64,000 nucleotides of DNA. Origin: a virus. Below, one piece after another: positions 56,001 through 64,000 of the stretch. The position numbers and the translations under genes were made by a program. Location: positions 1 to 64,000 of IMG/VR virus record IMGVR_UViG_3300010885_011653. The stretch is one strand, 5' to 3'. The notes beneath the pieces were generated by a model, which was not told the DNA's origin, made no database searches, and saw nothing but the letters and a program-made list of their open reading frames with translations. How positions within the stretch are numbered: the stretch's first letter is position 1; the number at the start of each line of letters is the position of its first letter.

Positions 56001-58992
56001 CTGTGTTAATATTCTTTAAAATTATGTCAACACCGGCCGCAGGATCATTATAATCTAATATGGTTAATGTTTCACACAAAGTTAAAAATTTATTTTTAAA
56101 TCTTTGATATTCTTTACGTGCATAGGCAACGGAATTTACAAAACTAACTGACTGGTCATTCATAAAAGTCAATGCGTAAACTGCAGGACTATCATGTTGT
56201 AACAATAAACCGCCCTGTGCTTTTACGTTAATGTCTTGTATAGGACGTTGTGTTGTTGGGCTAACTGTTGTGTTTTCAATTAAAGTATTATAGTGTTTGC
56301 GAATTTGCCCAAGAGTGATAGTATTAAAATTTGCATTTAATGGATTATGATCAAGGTTGGCAGGTATTTCGTAATATGCAGATGCACTGATGCTATTGCT
56401 GTATACTAATACATCAATCTTGTCGCCTTCAGTAAGATTGTTTTTTAATACAATAACATCAAATAACTTGTACTGTCCTTTAACATACCCAATGGTTGAT
56501 TGAAAATTGTTTAAGGTTGTGTAGTCGTTATCAGCACCGCGAACTAATAATTCGTTATTTAGATAAACTTTTAATGTTGGTACAGTTGACTGTGCGGCAG
56601 GTGTTATATCAATTTGTACAAATGGAAAGTCACCTTGGTCTGTTGCCAAAATTCTACCGTCGTAAAATTTTGTAAACACTTGATACTGTTTTGTAGGTTC
56701 TCTGTTTAATATCCAATTATTAACTTTTGCTACAACATTAAGCCCGTCATTTTTAGCCAAGTATCCCTGGTTAAGAGGTGTATTGGTTGCGGCGCTGGTA
56801 GAAAAAGAATCTGCGTCGTAGTAGTTAGTAAAAAGAATGTCGCCGATATTATTGAAATTTTGATATTTCAATGGAAACCCTAGTACTACATCGTTATTGC
56901 CTGTGCCTACGGAGTAATTAAAAAACTTAGTACCAGCAAAATTACTACCAGGATATACTGTTGTGTCTGAAAAACTATATCCGTTGGCATCTACTAGATC
57001 AAACAATGGCGCTTGATTAAATGATGTTTTACGTGGTAAACATTCTGTCCACACCTCTCCATCATATTTAAAAATTCTGTCTGCGTAAGTGCCTTGTTTG
57101 ACCAATACCTGCTCGCCTGCTAGTACAGGATCGTCAGCGGTTAATATTAGTCTGATAAAGTTTTGACTGTTGATTCGTTGAATATCAACTTCATAAATTT
57201 CAAATCTAATATTTTCGTCGTAGTCATTGGCAAAAACAATACGCTGACCATTGGCTAAAGTAACGCCTTCAACGGTAGCTGTGATTTGTCCTTCAATATT
57301 TACAAATGCATCAGTGGATGCAAAAGTTATAATGTCTATTGCTCTTTTGGCTATTTTACCATAACCGTATAATTGTAGGTTAGGCTCGAACTCAACAATA
57401 GCTCTGCGTCCTTGTACATTGGGACCGTAATCTATATCTGTTGTATTATATTTGGCTACTGCTTCTAACACATCTTTATGAAACCAACGGTTAGTGCGTG
57501 ACCAAGGATTTAAGTCTTGGCTTGCACGATTCACTGTTAAATAATCTGCTTCAACTAAAATCTGATCTTCGAATACTGTTGGTACTACCAATTGCTCAAC
57601 CGGAACTAGTCTAATGTAAGTACCTACGCCTTCAACATAATATTCGCCGTCGGCGTAGGTAGCGGGTAATACTAAACTATCAAATTTAACTTTTAAACCA
57701 TTGGTAAAAATAACACCGTTAGGGCTGGTATAGCTTGTTCGTCCAATGATATCATTTAGTACATCGATAGGAGTGCTGGTATTATCTACTAATTTAATTT
57801 CGCCAAAGAAATCAGGATTGGCGCTGTCCTGGTAATACAAATAGTTAGCATTGGCAGTAATTGTTGGAACTTGTACATACCTTTTGTTATTGTCAAGCCA
57901 GAACTGCAAAGATGCGTAAGTTTTCCCTGATCGTACAAAAACTTTTTCAAGAGAATTAACAGCTTTAATAGAAACCAAATTGATTGTGTAATCGCCTGCG
58001 CCATCTGACACCAAATTGATTTTCCATACACCAGTGCGTGATGACTGTGGAACAGTCATGCTATTTGCAGTCCACTTGGCAGCGTCAAGACTGTTGTTTA
58101 TAAACAGCAATGTTTTATTTTGTAGTTGATTATTAACACCATCAAATCCGTTGGCGTTAGCGGCCAAAAAGTCACTTAATAGTTGTCCCTGTATATCACT
58201 GTAGTATAATGTAGTGGCTGCGTCTACGGTATCTACAATTGGCATTCTAATATAAAAATCTTGTGCTGTAGACAATGGCACATTAAACTCTACTACCCCA
58301 GACGAAGCACCATTGTTTTTAACGCCCATTACTTCTCGGGTGCTCAATGTACTTACATTTCTATCTGCGCCAGAAATACCCGATTGACTTTGAATCCAGA
58401 AATTAAATCCAGACTGGTCGATGGCAAATGTATATTTGCCACCACGTGCCAAAGTAAGTTGTGTGTTAGGATGGCCACCAAGTGTACTAAAGGTGTATCC
58501 ATCAACTGCGGTATTACGTGTAACTACATAGTCTGCTTGTGTGGGTGTTAATCCACTGCTAACATCCACGGCAACTGGGCCGTTTGGTAACCAGTAGTAG
58601 TTGTGATAGTTAATAAATTTGTCGTAGTCAACATGCCCATCAAAGCTGTAACTGTCTTCAACAAAAAGTTTTTGATGATTATTTACATTTCCGTTGTTAC
58701 TTACAACACTTTGTAATAAATCGCTGTATTGGCCGTTAAAGGTTATATTTTCATTTTTATCGCGTATAACAACGCTGGGCTCAAGTTGATAGTTTGTTTT
58801 TAGTGTTGTTATTTCAGGAACATAGTTATCGCCAATTTGGTATGTGGGGCTAAATCTTCTGCCAATATATCCATTTACTGGAACGTTAACAGAATCGCTG
58901 GCTAGCTGATCTAATGTAGCGCCAAGGAATCGTTGATTTGTACCAGATCTGAAAACCTGTGGTAAAAAATTGATAGTGTTTACTAAAGCCAT
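47077..58992 (-). CDS. giant (3971 aa) baseplate/tail structural protein
   Basis: Follows the gp6-like gene; FG-GAP-like repeats (DQFGS, SFGSS, KFGA, GFGA, QFGSS), CBM5/12-like W-x-AN repeats, VTPYRTAVRE. Confidence 0.7.
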   Translation of the reverse strand: MALVNTINFLPQVFRSGTNQRFLGATLDQLASDSVNVPVNGYIGRRFSPTYQIGDNYVPEITTLKTNYQLEPSVVIRDKNENITFNGQYSDLLQSVVSNNGNVNNHQKLFVEDSYSFDGHVDYDKFINYHNYYWLPNGPVAVDVSSGLTPTQADYVVTRNTAVDGYTFSTLGGHPNTQLTLARGGKYTFAIDQSGFNFWIQSQSGISGADRNVSTLSTREVMGVKNNGASSGVVEFNVPLSTAQDFYIRMPIVDTVDAATTLYYSDIQGQLLSDFLAANANGFDGVNNQLQNKTLLFINNSLDAAKWTANSMTVPQSSRTGVWKINLVSDGAGDYTINLVSIKAVNSLEKVFVRSGKTYASLQFWLDNNKRYVQVPTITANANYLYYQDSANPDFFGEIKLVDNTSTPIDVLNDIIGRTSYTSPNGVIFTNGLKVKFDSLVLPATYADGEYYVEGVGTYIRLVPVEQLVVPTVFEDQILVEADYLTVNRASQDLNPWSRTNRWFHKDVLEAVAKYNTTDIDYGPNVQGRRAIVEFEPNLQLYGYGKIAKRAIDIITFASTDAFVNIEGQITATVEGVTLANGQRIVFANDYDENIRFEIYEVDIQRINSQNFIRLILTADDPVLAGEQVLVKQGTYADRIFKYDGEVWTECLPRKTSFNQAPLFDLVDANGYSFSDTTVYPGSNFAGTKFFNYSVGTGNNDVVLGFPLKYQNFNNIGDILFTNYYDADSFSTSAATNTPLNQGYLAKNDGLNVVAKVNNWILNREPTKQYQVFTKFYDGRILATDQGDFPFVQIDITPAAQSTVPTLKVYLNNELLVRGADNDYTTLNNFQSTIGYVKGQYKLFDVIVLKNNLTEGDKIDVLVYSNSISASAYYEIPANLDHNPLNANFNTITLGQIRKHYNTLIENTTVSPTTQRPIQDINVKAQGGLLLQHDSPAVYALTFMNDQSVSFVNSVAYARKEYQRFKNKFLTLCETLTILDYNDPAAGVDIILKNINTVKNSNFPWYYSDMVPYGAEYNEVVYTVLNARQTNYEISSIFDDTQLSNRAVLVYVNGTQLVKGVDYEFNNLAPSIILTTPLSIGTILVIRDYYNTDGNFIPETPTKLGLYPKFTPELFTDTTYLTPTEVLRGHDGSITPAFGDFRDQYLLELELRIYNNIKANYTNNTLDLYDTIPGQFRSTDYSSGEWNRLLSQNFLYWVGSNKVDYASNTWFNAGDPWTWNYSQFTGLDGVKLQGSWRAIYNHWFDTVSPNLFPWRMLGISDEPSWWQDRYGPSPYTSGNATLWEDLEAGYIWNNGSAYYDTRFARPGLTNFIPVDTAGNLLPPTAIGIIKEYSNRTIDNKFAIGHQGPAETAWRRSSDFPFAVQQGLALARPAKYFASQLDTSRFYFNEVTGQFSSATNQKITPTALVVNGDTTTGTVLRTSGYANWIADSIKNYGIDPVTKLNTYYQNLSVQLAYRCSGFTDKKLITVSAEQTSPGTTNSSVIIPDSNYETYIGKPVPNRTITYSAVVVERTESGYSVKGYDSTDPFFTILPSVANNKVETIKVDNLAVKIYQDSSNRSITIPYGTTFATAQQIADFLISYERHLVAQGFVFQTFDDDLGETKNFRLSIKEFLFWAQQGWDLGTILVLTPASTRVFITSTDSIVDEISNMPGQGIVLDQNYVPIKSQHFNIIRTDFPGENRFQFDTINGSTIGLVKLNFVQYESTLIFDNVDDFGDVIYIPEQGARQYRLKVSGFKTGAWSGAISPAGYIYSNPDINAWIPGQDYRMGDLVVYNDAYYTASMDVLASETFNITVWTEIPYSSIQTGLLPTPGTNAQMFTNIYDIDNPPVDEQVQMFSSGLIGFRERPYLTDLGMSIPTQTKFYQGYIKQKGTKNAIDALTKAQFNNINSTISTYEEWAFRVGVYGDVNNNQYREFILDQSTFKTNPVAFTYADTYSTGNIVVDLVQSNIYTSSNLTTTSTQLYNNRVNNLYIGDLPDCGYINVQDVDYQVFDITKLSMIDNPVVGKKIWVAKDYNKNWNVLRINATRSQAIKMAYTLDTYAKLTFDNAHSFNSNDYFILDNFNPLFDGLYRVVNVPDLLSVTIELDDPTKLISTSGRAVGNGVIYSLDSAVINRITELDSIRPLNGWKSHDHIWVNNATQDGWGVYTYNRPWVSNVSVTVTANTVTSNDQFGSTTAISSNGRWLYAGNPGNKSVQVFANVDYEFSTAQTISNINASFGSSFDTQANLLAIGAPTAGNVHVYYNNNGTHTKLQMLHSANASGKFGANIAMSADGHWLYVNEPTVSQVQAYYTSNVASAASYTLVSSLTVAATAIKTNANGTRLFVGASNDTNGVIGNGNLYVYSRTANAFTLGQTLTSQYKNINAGFGASLAIDSTAGNLFVGIPNSLASGNANGLVERYTYNGTSYVFKESIVHPDAQVGQFGSSLSITGDAVVLAVGSSGSAADEDTTFDGDALSIDAGTTYFVDQVSNSGAIYLFESIIDQTVANDLGTYSYTDDLSAQVDSGDQFGSSVTVTRDVMMVGAPGTNNSAGDVQIYENISKSRAWELTRQQQVQVDINSIGRTFIYNKSDNNILAAVDFIDPAKGKVLSTVDQDIDYKHTHDPALYNAGTGDIHEDFHWGPSQVGKIWWDLDNARYIDYEQDALIYRLNHWGELFPGSEINVYEWTESYVLPSQYTGTGTPLHSDDSAYSTYGYVDQSGTIRLKYYFWVKNKDSISYQTGKTNSAYSIAAAIENPQSQGIPYATVLRNDTIAIYNIKNKLVGQNSVVHLGNKAVDSGLIHSEYALVQEGNPASTIPDVIKNKLIDSLSGQDLFGQTVPDPALTPAQSYGIDIRPRQSMFVNRTLAWTNYLTFVNAVLSTYPVVDRRVLTTLNSNEPTPSALTGAYNQVVATKEDLGYLNAANFATGYKILVENDSTQDTKWAIYTWSGTAWSVSRIQSYKTSLYWTSIDWYESTYDPTRTPDVTVANRVELGKLTLVASTYIKVLDNGSGEFAVYYVNPNLTTTLVGIQNGTVQIDTTSIPAKEMRQLALAIQNEILIEDLAAEYNTLFFIMIKYALTEQKNLDWVFKTSFISATQYIRKLEHFPAYIADNQNYYLDYMNEVTPYRTAVREFVIDYIGNDNYGGDVTDFDLPAYYDKTLQVYRSPSGEQSYDPLLLTENLYYNWAQNYKYKVVDIIVEDAGQDYLFPPDIVVYGGNGSGAKAYAAVNSSGQITGIYVTKGGEGFTTIPEIKIEGTGTDARARAVLRNVYDGANQGHNVIRSINTTMKFDRINYTSANTFVFWDTLTANTSVGNVIPANTILVINSKLYNLANAYTITGNTTTGSVNFPIDFVTQIYAGDFNNANDRIISTQGNIDLSITQAGLSYPGVIIDGNTYIGQELDAIVTSSYADNLGIDPNAIFVDGGAYVDTFSSYAPDELVPGRMYDSLNLTVTQNIDPELLKFRFLDNMNQEHSFLRIAAANTTVLSSNLSIRDIEILVNDATKLPNPDPDLDIPGYVFINGEKITYWRNYSLETPTVWSANTVISTATLVTNDGHAGNTYITKGNVYAPNIPWTANVAYNINANLYYSGNSYIVTGNVRAPSFAAIEANLTLLYTGENSGFNTIKSNVRQVSTNTIAQLRRGVDGTYTPNVHVAGSSVVDAGQQQIIPGTTLGNILVTANTAYKATDIVSYGANLTLIVSANIGDTITQRTIISNWTANTYVLTGEYTYNSLNGYSYITSGNVFAEHFANISANNNPVWTANTAITSTTMYYSGNTYHVTGNVHAPYFANVSANNNPVWTANTVTTAQMIYYSGNTYQVKGNVHATYFANVVSSGNAVLAFGSTAVNLLFAGNVAANLAFAGNTITISTMKVLETVSNVKTIPVLLVNGTIEGLPELFDGNVNGPVGFDEQGFDNTVGSIFVNDSQTPAYVTSSYVLGTVTQSGFANVSADTRLLQGNIWYNPGVGYATDGTGIVNSTTVQAEFLKASKG
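47561..47830 (-). repeat. 120-bp (40-aa) tandem duplication in the C-terminus of the giant protein
   Basis: FAN.SANNNPVWTANT.....MYYSGNTY.V.GNVHA.Y repeated at 120-bp period. Confidence 0.85.
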
Positions 58993-61900
58993 TAATAGCC
59001 CCCGACCAATGGTGCAGTTAAATTAAGTCCTGCGGCAGTCACTGCTGATACAATGTCAATGTCATTGACCGTGGCCGCACTGGCGATAATTTCCCACGGC
59101 TCGCTGTTGATTTGGAAATAGTTGCCGAATGCCATATTATCCCCTGCCGGGATAATAACCACACTTGATATTGCAGGTGCAAGTATTTTGTGCAGGTATG
59201 CACTTAGCTCAGAGAAATAAAACGTATCTCCAAATCCCCAATTGGCTATGGAAAAATAATTATTAATAGCAGATATTACACGACTTTTGATTTCGTTATC
59301 TGTTAAATTAATTGCAGGGTTTTTTACCACTTGAAAACGAGCCTGTAACATTGTGTTTGCTTTTGCCCCGAATAAAGGTTTAAATTTAGCTGGATTATAA
59401 ATTAGTGTATCACTAATGGTCTTATAGTTGTTTAGTCCGCTATAGGCAATTTCTAAACTGCCCGATGTTGGTGCAATTGGTTCAGTGATCGTACCAGTTA
59501 AATCTCTCAACCATTTAAAATAGTCTGAGCTATAGTCAGCAGTTAATATATATAGATCAATAATATTAATAGGTGTTGGGTCTATACGATTACGTGCCGG
59601 AACGTTGTGCTTGTATTGGAAATACAAATCACTGCGTGTATTGTTGCCATCTGCTACCAGAGTAAACAAATCAGGATTATCCGGTACACCGTCCATTTGT
59701 GTACTAGCAGATTTTACCAGCACTTGATTATTGTCAACATAGCCATCTTCTGCTGTGATAGTATTATAGATTTGCCAAATTACATCGTTGGCCAATGGAT
59801 TGTTACTACCGGGTTGAGTGTTGATCTTAAGTATCTTAACAATGTCCGTGACATTGGTTCCTGTTAGTGAATCATATACTTTGACCTTGGGATCAAAGTA
59901 AAATACAGTTGATCTATCGCTGCCAAAAGTATATTCTAAGTTGCGATATTGTACATTATACAATCCTTGATTGTATGTAAATTTCAATAACCAATTGGTA
60001 CTGGTACCAATTGAACTTGGTGTTATGTTTTCCCATGCTTGATTTGTTTGATTATAAATCAATCCAAAATTGACACGGGCACCAATTTGACTAACGATTG
60101 TGTCTATTAGCGATGTGGTAAAATTATTTTTATACACTGGAATAATAGCATTTTGCCCGGTCAAACTAGCCGACGGTTCGCTTAGTATTGCACCGGTTGG
60201 CACTTGAGTGCCGAATGTAATTTGATTTGGTGTTTGATTATCATCACCAGCTACTACTCGTGTAACTGCCGCATAGAAATTTAAGGTATCACTAGATACC
60301 GCAGGATTTCCAGATATTAATTTATGCTGTGCATCAAAGTAATATCCTGTTGGTGCAGAAAACTGTAAACTAGCTCCTGGTGTAATATATTTTAAATTGC
60401 TACTAATTCCTGTACCGACATCTTGCACATTACCAGAAGTAAGATATGTTAGGTTACCAGTACTGCTCACTGTAGTGTTGGCACTTTGAACAAAAGTAAT
60501 GTTAGCCCGTGTACTGTTGTATCTGGTGTAGTTTTTATAATAATAATTGTTCATGCCCACGCCGCTAACAGTTGGAATTATGTCATTGTAAATGGCATTG
60601 TAAATATCTGTTGTGGTTAAAAAGTCAAATGTCAATGTCGAAATACGACTGTTGGCTGTCAATATACCATCGTCGCCAAAAATGTTAGTACTGCTAAAAC
60701 TGCTTGTTGGATCGATGCTGTCTAGATATAAACTCACACCCGAGCTAGTACGATTAACTGCTTTGACCTTTTGAATACTAGTATATGATGTTTGTGGGAA
60801 GATATTATAATCCTCACCTGTAATCATACGATTCTGTGTATAATATTGTTGTGGTGCGTAGGATTTAACGCTGGCTAAACTTTGAGTTGTTGTTGCATTA
60901 GTTACGCTATACTTTAAACTGGCAATAACTGTTAAAGTTTCAATAGTGCCTTTCTTGCTAGTATAGTAGATAGGAATATTAACACTAGGCAAATCGTCTG
61001 GAGTGATGCTATACGCAAGACCGTTGCTGGTACGATACCAGAACGAGAAACTACCTTGTGGAATATTACTGAAACTGCCGTCACCAAATATCAAATTGAC
61101 TGTGTCACTGGACATTGAATTAATTTGATATAAATTTTTGTTTGCCAATTGGTTGTAAACAACATTTATCCCAGAAAGTGCAGGAACTGCTTGCCATACA
61201 ATTTGTGGACGATTGTTTGTGTCTAGTTTATATAACCAATGGTCTGTGTGGTTAATATTTGATGTATTAATAGTAACAAAGTTGTTTGGAACAGCATTTT
61301 GTATGCTGAAGTTGGTAGACTGTAAGCTACCTTGTTTAAAGTAAACAAAGAATCCAGTATTATTACTGCCGTTGCCATTGTTATCGTTACGATAAAGAAT
61401 GTTAAATATCCCAACATTGGTTGGGTCTGCTTCGTAGACATAGCTTTCGCCTACTGTAGTGGCGCTGACTGCTTCAAAGTTAGTTGACTCATTTTGTATA
61501 ACAGCCTGAAACGGTGCTACTGGTAAATTTTGGGGGTTGAGACTGATGCTGTATTCGTCAGTTTGAATTCCATTGATAGACTGGCTATTAGCAGGTTTGC
61601 CAACTGCCTGGCTATTAACAAAAGCCGCATTTAAGATTGTGGTAAATTGTTCTAGCCAATTATCGTTAGTTAAGTCGTTCCATTGTACTGTGGCATTGGT
61701 TAAGTTGTTGCCTGCGCTGTCTGACAAACTTTCAGTGGTACTGATACGATCAATTTTCAATAGGCCACTGGCGCTTTGTGTGCGAGTGGGGTTATACGCC
61801 AACATACGTGCTAATTTTAAAATACTATCACGGCGCTGAGCTGTATCTATGAAATTTTCACGAGCATTTAAATCTGTACGGAAAGCTAAACTTTGCCCCA

Positions 61901-62111
61901 AAAATGCTATACAATCAATGAGAGCCAGGTATTCTGAGCTTTCTACAAAATCGTTAAAAGTTTCTGGATAATAGGTTTTGATATAGTTGATCATACTAGC
62001 ACGAAGTGTTTCAAAATCGTAGCTTGCAAAATCAGCATTTGTAAAGGATTGGTATACTTTAGTCCAATCTTGTTCAACTAATAAATTTGTTTGACGTGTA
62101 GTTTGTGCCAT
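58992..62111 (-). CDS. baseplate wedge subunit (T4 gp6-like)
   Basis: DFETLRASMINY, ENFIDTAQRRDSILKLARMLAY.P, FGDG.F..IP, QNRMITGEDY, FGDTFYFSEL. Confidence 0.85.
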   Translation of the reverse strand: MAQTTRQTNLLVEQDWTKVYQSFTNADFASYDFETLRASMINYIKTYYPETFNDFVESSEYLALIDCIAFLGQSLAFRTDLNARENFIDTAQRRDSILKLARMLAYNPTRTQSASGLLKIDRISTTESLSDSAGNNLTNATVQWNDLTNDNWLEQFTTILNAAFVNSQAVGKPANSQSINGIQTDEYSISLNPQNLPVAPFQAVIQNESTNFEAVSATTVGESYVYEADPTNVGIFNILYRNDNNGNGSNNTGFFVYFKQGSLQSTNFSIQNAVPNNFVTINTSNINHTDHWLYKLDTNNRPQIVWQAVPALSGINVVYNQLANKNLYQINSMSSDTVNLIFGDGSFSNIPQGSFSFWYRTSNGLAYSITPDDLPSVNIPIYYTSKKGTIETLTVIASLKYSVTNATTTQSLASVKSYAPQQYYTQNRMITGEDYNIFPQTSYTSIQKVKAVNRTSSGVSLYLDSIDPTSSFSSTNIFGDDGILTANSRISTLTFDFLTTTDIYNAIYNDIIPTVSGVGMNNYYYKNYTRYNSTRANITFVQSANTTVSSTGNLTYLTSGNVQDVGTGISSNLKYITPGASLQFSAPTGYYFDAQHKLISGNPAVSSDTLNFYAAVTRVVAGDDNQTPNQITFGTQVPTGAILSEPSASLTGQNAIIPVYKNNFTTSLIDTIVSQIGARVNFGLIYNQTNQAWENITPSSIGTSTNWLLKFTYNQGLYNVQYRNLEYTFGSDRSTVFYFDPKVKVYDSLTGTNVTDIVKILKINTQPGSNNPLANDVIWQIYNTITAEDGYVDNNQVLVKSASTQMDGVPDNPDLFTLVADGNNTRSDLYFQYKHNVPARNRIDPTPINIIDLYILTADYSSDYFKWLRDLTGTITEPIAPTSGSLEIAYSGLNNYKTISDTLIYNPAKFKPLFGAKANTMLQARFQVVKNPAINLTDNEIKSRVISAINNYFSIANWGFGDTFYFSELSAYLHKILAPAISSVVIIPAGDNMAFGNYFQINSEPWEIIASAATVNDIDIVSAVTAAGLNLTAPLVGGY

Positions 62112-62163
62112 ATTATTTTACCTATATTGAGTATTTATCGGCGGAAATAATATGGTCTGTTAA

Positions 62164-62541
62164 TTAACCAAGCGTTAAAGTTTTGGAGTTTTGATTAAAA
62201 TTAAAGTTGATAGTATCGGTTTGATTTGTGGGTACATAGCTCAGGGTAATTTGAACCATCAATCCGTTATGTTGTTGTGTAACAGCAACTTGCCCCACAC
62301 GAAGTCTGGGGTCGTAGCTGACAATACGTACAATATCTTTAGTAATGAGTTCTTGGACTGATTCATCTAGCGGATCAAACAAATGATCCCAGACAATAGT
62401 GCCAAAATTTGGTTGCATGAGCTTGTCGCCCTTGCGTATATTAAAGTAATTGATCAAGTCCTGTCGTGCCAGCGCATAGTCGGTTAAGACGTATTTTTTC
62501 TTATTAACTAGTGTACTGATTCCGCGGTATATTGTTGTCAT
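62164..62541 (-). CDS. baseplate wedge subunit (gp25/GPW family)
   Basis: LTDYALARQDLINYF..RKGDKLMQPNFGT..W..LFDP, YDPR. Confidence 0.85.
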   Translation of the reverse strand: MTTIYRGISTLVNKKKYVLTDYALARQDLINYFNIRKGDKLMQPNFGTIVWDHLFDPLDESVQELITKDIVRIVSYDPRLRVGQVAVTQQHNGLMVQITLSYVPTNQTDTINFNFNQNSKTLTLG

Positions 62542-62549
62542 AATAGTAT

Positions 62550-63212
62550 TTATTGTGCTAGAACTTGTATGGCATAGCGACCACCATTAAAACTTGCGGC
62601 GCCCGAACCCTGATTAGAATATCTCCATGCATACGCACCTGTGCCGTACGGGTATCTCCCAGTTGGCTGTTGTCCGGCCCCTAATGTCCAGGCTACGTAC
62701 ATCATACCGGCTATTACATCTACAGAATCTGTCAACGCAATAGCACTTACTTGTAGCAACTCTTTAAAGTAATCAATTAATAGTTGATAAGCTAAATGTT
62801 CCTGAATGGTGATATTTGTTAAAAATGTATTTTGACTGTCTGCATTATAAAAATAATTAGCGTAATTGTTTACTGTAGACTGCAAGTACACTGGCCTCCA
62901 ACTGCTTTTATAGTTTACTGCATCAGTTCCATGGAACTCTGTGCTGTGTACCGCTAGCAGTCCATATTCTTCTAGTTTAGCGGCAGTGATTTGATATCTA
63001 CCTAATTGATCATCTGTACCAATTTTATTATAATCCCATACACTTATATCATAGGCAATTTGGCCAAGTAGAGCTTGTATTTGAGTATTTGATAACGGTC
63101 CTATATTGGCCCACGCTGGTGGTATTGCGGGTGCATCTGCTCTGCCTAGCCATGCTGGCGGTAAAGGAGTTAATATTTCCTGTCCAATTGCTTGTGCGAT
63201 TCCTATGTCCAC
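62550..63212 (-). CDS. baseplate-associated protein with lysozyme-like GRYQ motif
   Basis: LGRYQI...L..YG, FL.N..IQE, AGMMYVA..LGAG; lies between the gp5-like and gp25-like genes. Confidence 0.5.
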   Translation of the reverse strand: MDIGIAQAIGQEILTPLPPAWLGRADAPAIPPAWANIGPLSNTQIQALLGQIAYDISVWDYNKIGTDDQLGRYQITAAKLEEYGLLAVHSTEFHGTDAVNYKSSWRPVYLQSTVNNYANYFYNADSQNTFLTNITIQEHLAYQLLIDYFKELLQVSAIALTDSVDVIAGMMYVAWTLGAGQQPTGRYPYGTGAYAWRYSNQGSGAASFNGGRYAIQVLAQ

Positions 63213-63214
63213 GA

Positions 63215-64000
63215 TTATCCAAATGCTCCAATTGCTTTACTAATACCAATGCTGAGTACCAATGCCCCGGCGGCTTTAGCACCTGCTTTAAGTAGACTGC
63301 CGCCGCCTGCGGGTTTTGGTCTACCCGGACCGTTGCCGTCGAGCCATGGTTCGTGGCACGGTACCACAGTACAGGTACTACCCAGAGAACCTTCTCGTGG
63401 GATCCATACTGTGCCATTGAATTCTGTGTCTGGTAGTCTATTTGGTATTACCGGCATTGGTGGAATAGCCAATGGTGGTTTACCACCGGCATTTAATAAC
63501 ACCAACGATCCTTGAATACTAGTTTGCAAATATGATCCAACACTACAACTTGCTCCACCTGCTAAACTTGCGGCTCCAACAGCACTTAAACTTAACAAGC
63601 CCATGCTCTTAACTGACGTAGATACCATTGATTGAATACCAACAGATCCGATGCTGTTGATATTAATGCCATAATCAGCATTAATATCAATTGTGCCACC
63701 TGCATGAAATTTAATTGCACTATCACTGTGGAAATTCATTGGTCCTGTGCTACGAACGTTAAAGCCAGCGTATCCGTAGATGTTAATACTACCGTCTTTG
63801 CTAAACTCTAGCCACTGTAAACCGGTTTTGCTGCCGAGATAATAAATTCCTTCTGTGTCGTTCATTAATAATTGATGGCCACCGCTGGTGCGTAATCTAA
63901 TTAGTTGATCGGTGCCTTCTGGTTCGCTACTGCCTTTTGCTGCGCCATCATCCATAACAAAACTGTGGCCGCCTGTACGAGCAACAATTTTTTGCGGATT
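63215..64000 (-). CDS. baseplate hub/central spike (gp5/VgrG-like), 5'-truncated by window edge
   Basis: Frame is open to base 64000 (NPQKIVARTGGHSFVMDDG...IRLRTSGGHQLLMND); beta-helix-like repeats; PCHEPW. Confidence 0.75.
   Translation of the reverse strand, partial: NPQKIVARTGGHSFVMDDGAAKGSSEPEGTDQLIRLRTSGGHQLLMNDTEGIYYLGSKTGLQWLEFSKDGSINIYGYAGFNVRSTGPMNFHSDSAIKFHAGGTIDINADYGININSIGSVGIQSMVSTSVKSMGLLSLSAVGAASLAGGASCSVGSYLQTSIQGSLVLLNAGGKPPLAIPPMPVIPNRLPDTEFNGTVWIPREGSLGSTCTVVPCHEPWLDGNGPGRPKPAGGGSLLKAGAKAAGALVLSIGISKAIGAFG

Noticed and set aside
39686-63515. Numerous + strand ORFs opposite the structural genes (e.g. 42789-43616)
   Set aside because: Antisense shadows of Thr/Ser/Gly-rich genes with biased codon use; no RBS or recognisable motifs.
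1-64000. Stop-codon reassignment, tRNA genes, introns or inteins
   Set aside because: Genes are full length and tightly packed under the standard code. Intergenic gaps are short and explained by promoters or terminators. I saw no cloverleaf or splicing motifs by eye (tRNAscan/Infernal not run).

Overview
The window is a 64-kb segment of a large, AT-rich, T4-related tailed phage (myovirus-type baseplate) using the standard genetic code. I saw no tRNA, rRNA, CRISPR array or integrase. It has three blocks. (1) 1-18.3 kb, + strand, early/metabolic genes: queD-mazG-queE, an RNase H-type 5'-3' exonuclease, a DGQHR/ParB + HNH + HNH-like triad, small genes with repeated sigma70 promoter-RBS cassettes, a MoxR AAA ATPase + VWA/metallopeptidase pair, DHFR, thymidylate synthase, an NDP-sugar epimerase and a DegT aminotransferase. 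(2) 18.3-39.3 kb, almost all - strand: a tightly coupled operon with its own promoter. It encodes about five glycosyltransferase-like proteins, six paralogous radical SAM enzymes with an N-terminal Twitch-type domain, a NodU/CmcH carbamoyltransferase, an APS-kinase/nucleotidyltransferase fusion with DUF2061, three SGNH-like proteins, a His/Glu-rich paralog pair and two micro-ORFs missed by the track. (3) 39.4-64 kb, - strand, virion genes: three paralogous fibres, a Gly-rich adhesin-like protein, a 3971-aa baseplate-like giant, and gp6-, gp25- and gp5-like proteins. The best candidate for an undescribed system is block 2 plus the two sugar genes. It looks like a phage-encoded glycan synthesis and radical-SAM tailoring pathway next to tail genes rich in (A/G/S)-Asn motifs, which suggests decoration of the virion. 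All family calls come from motif recognition by eye, not database searches.
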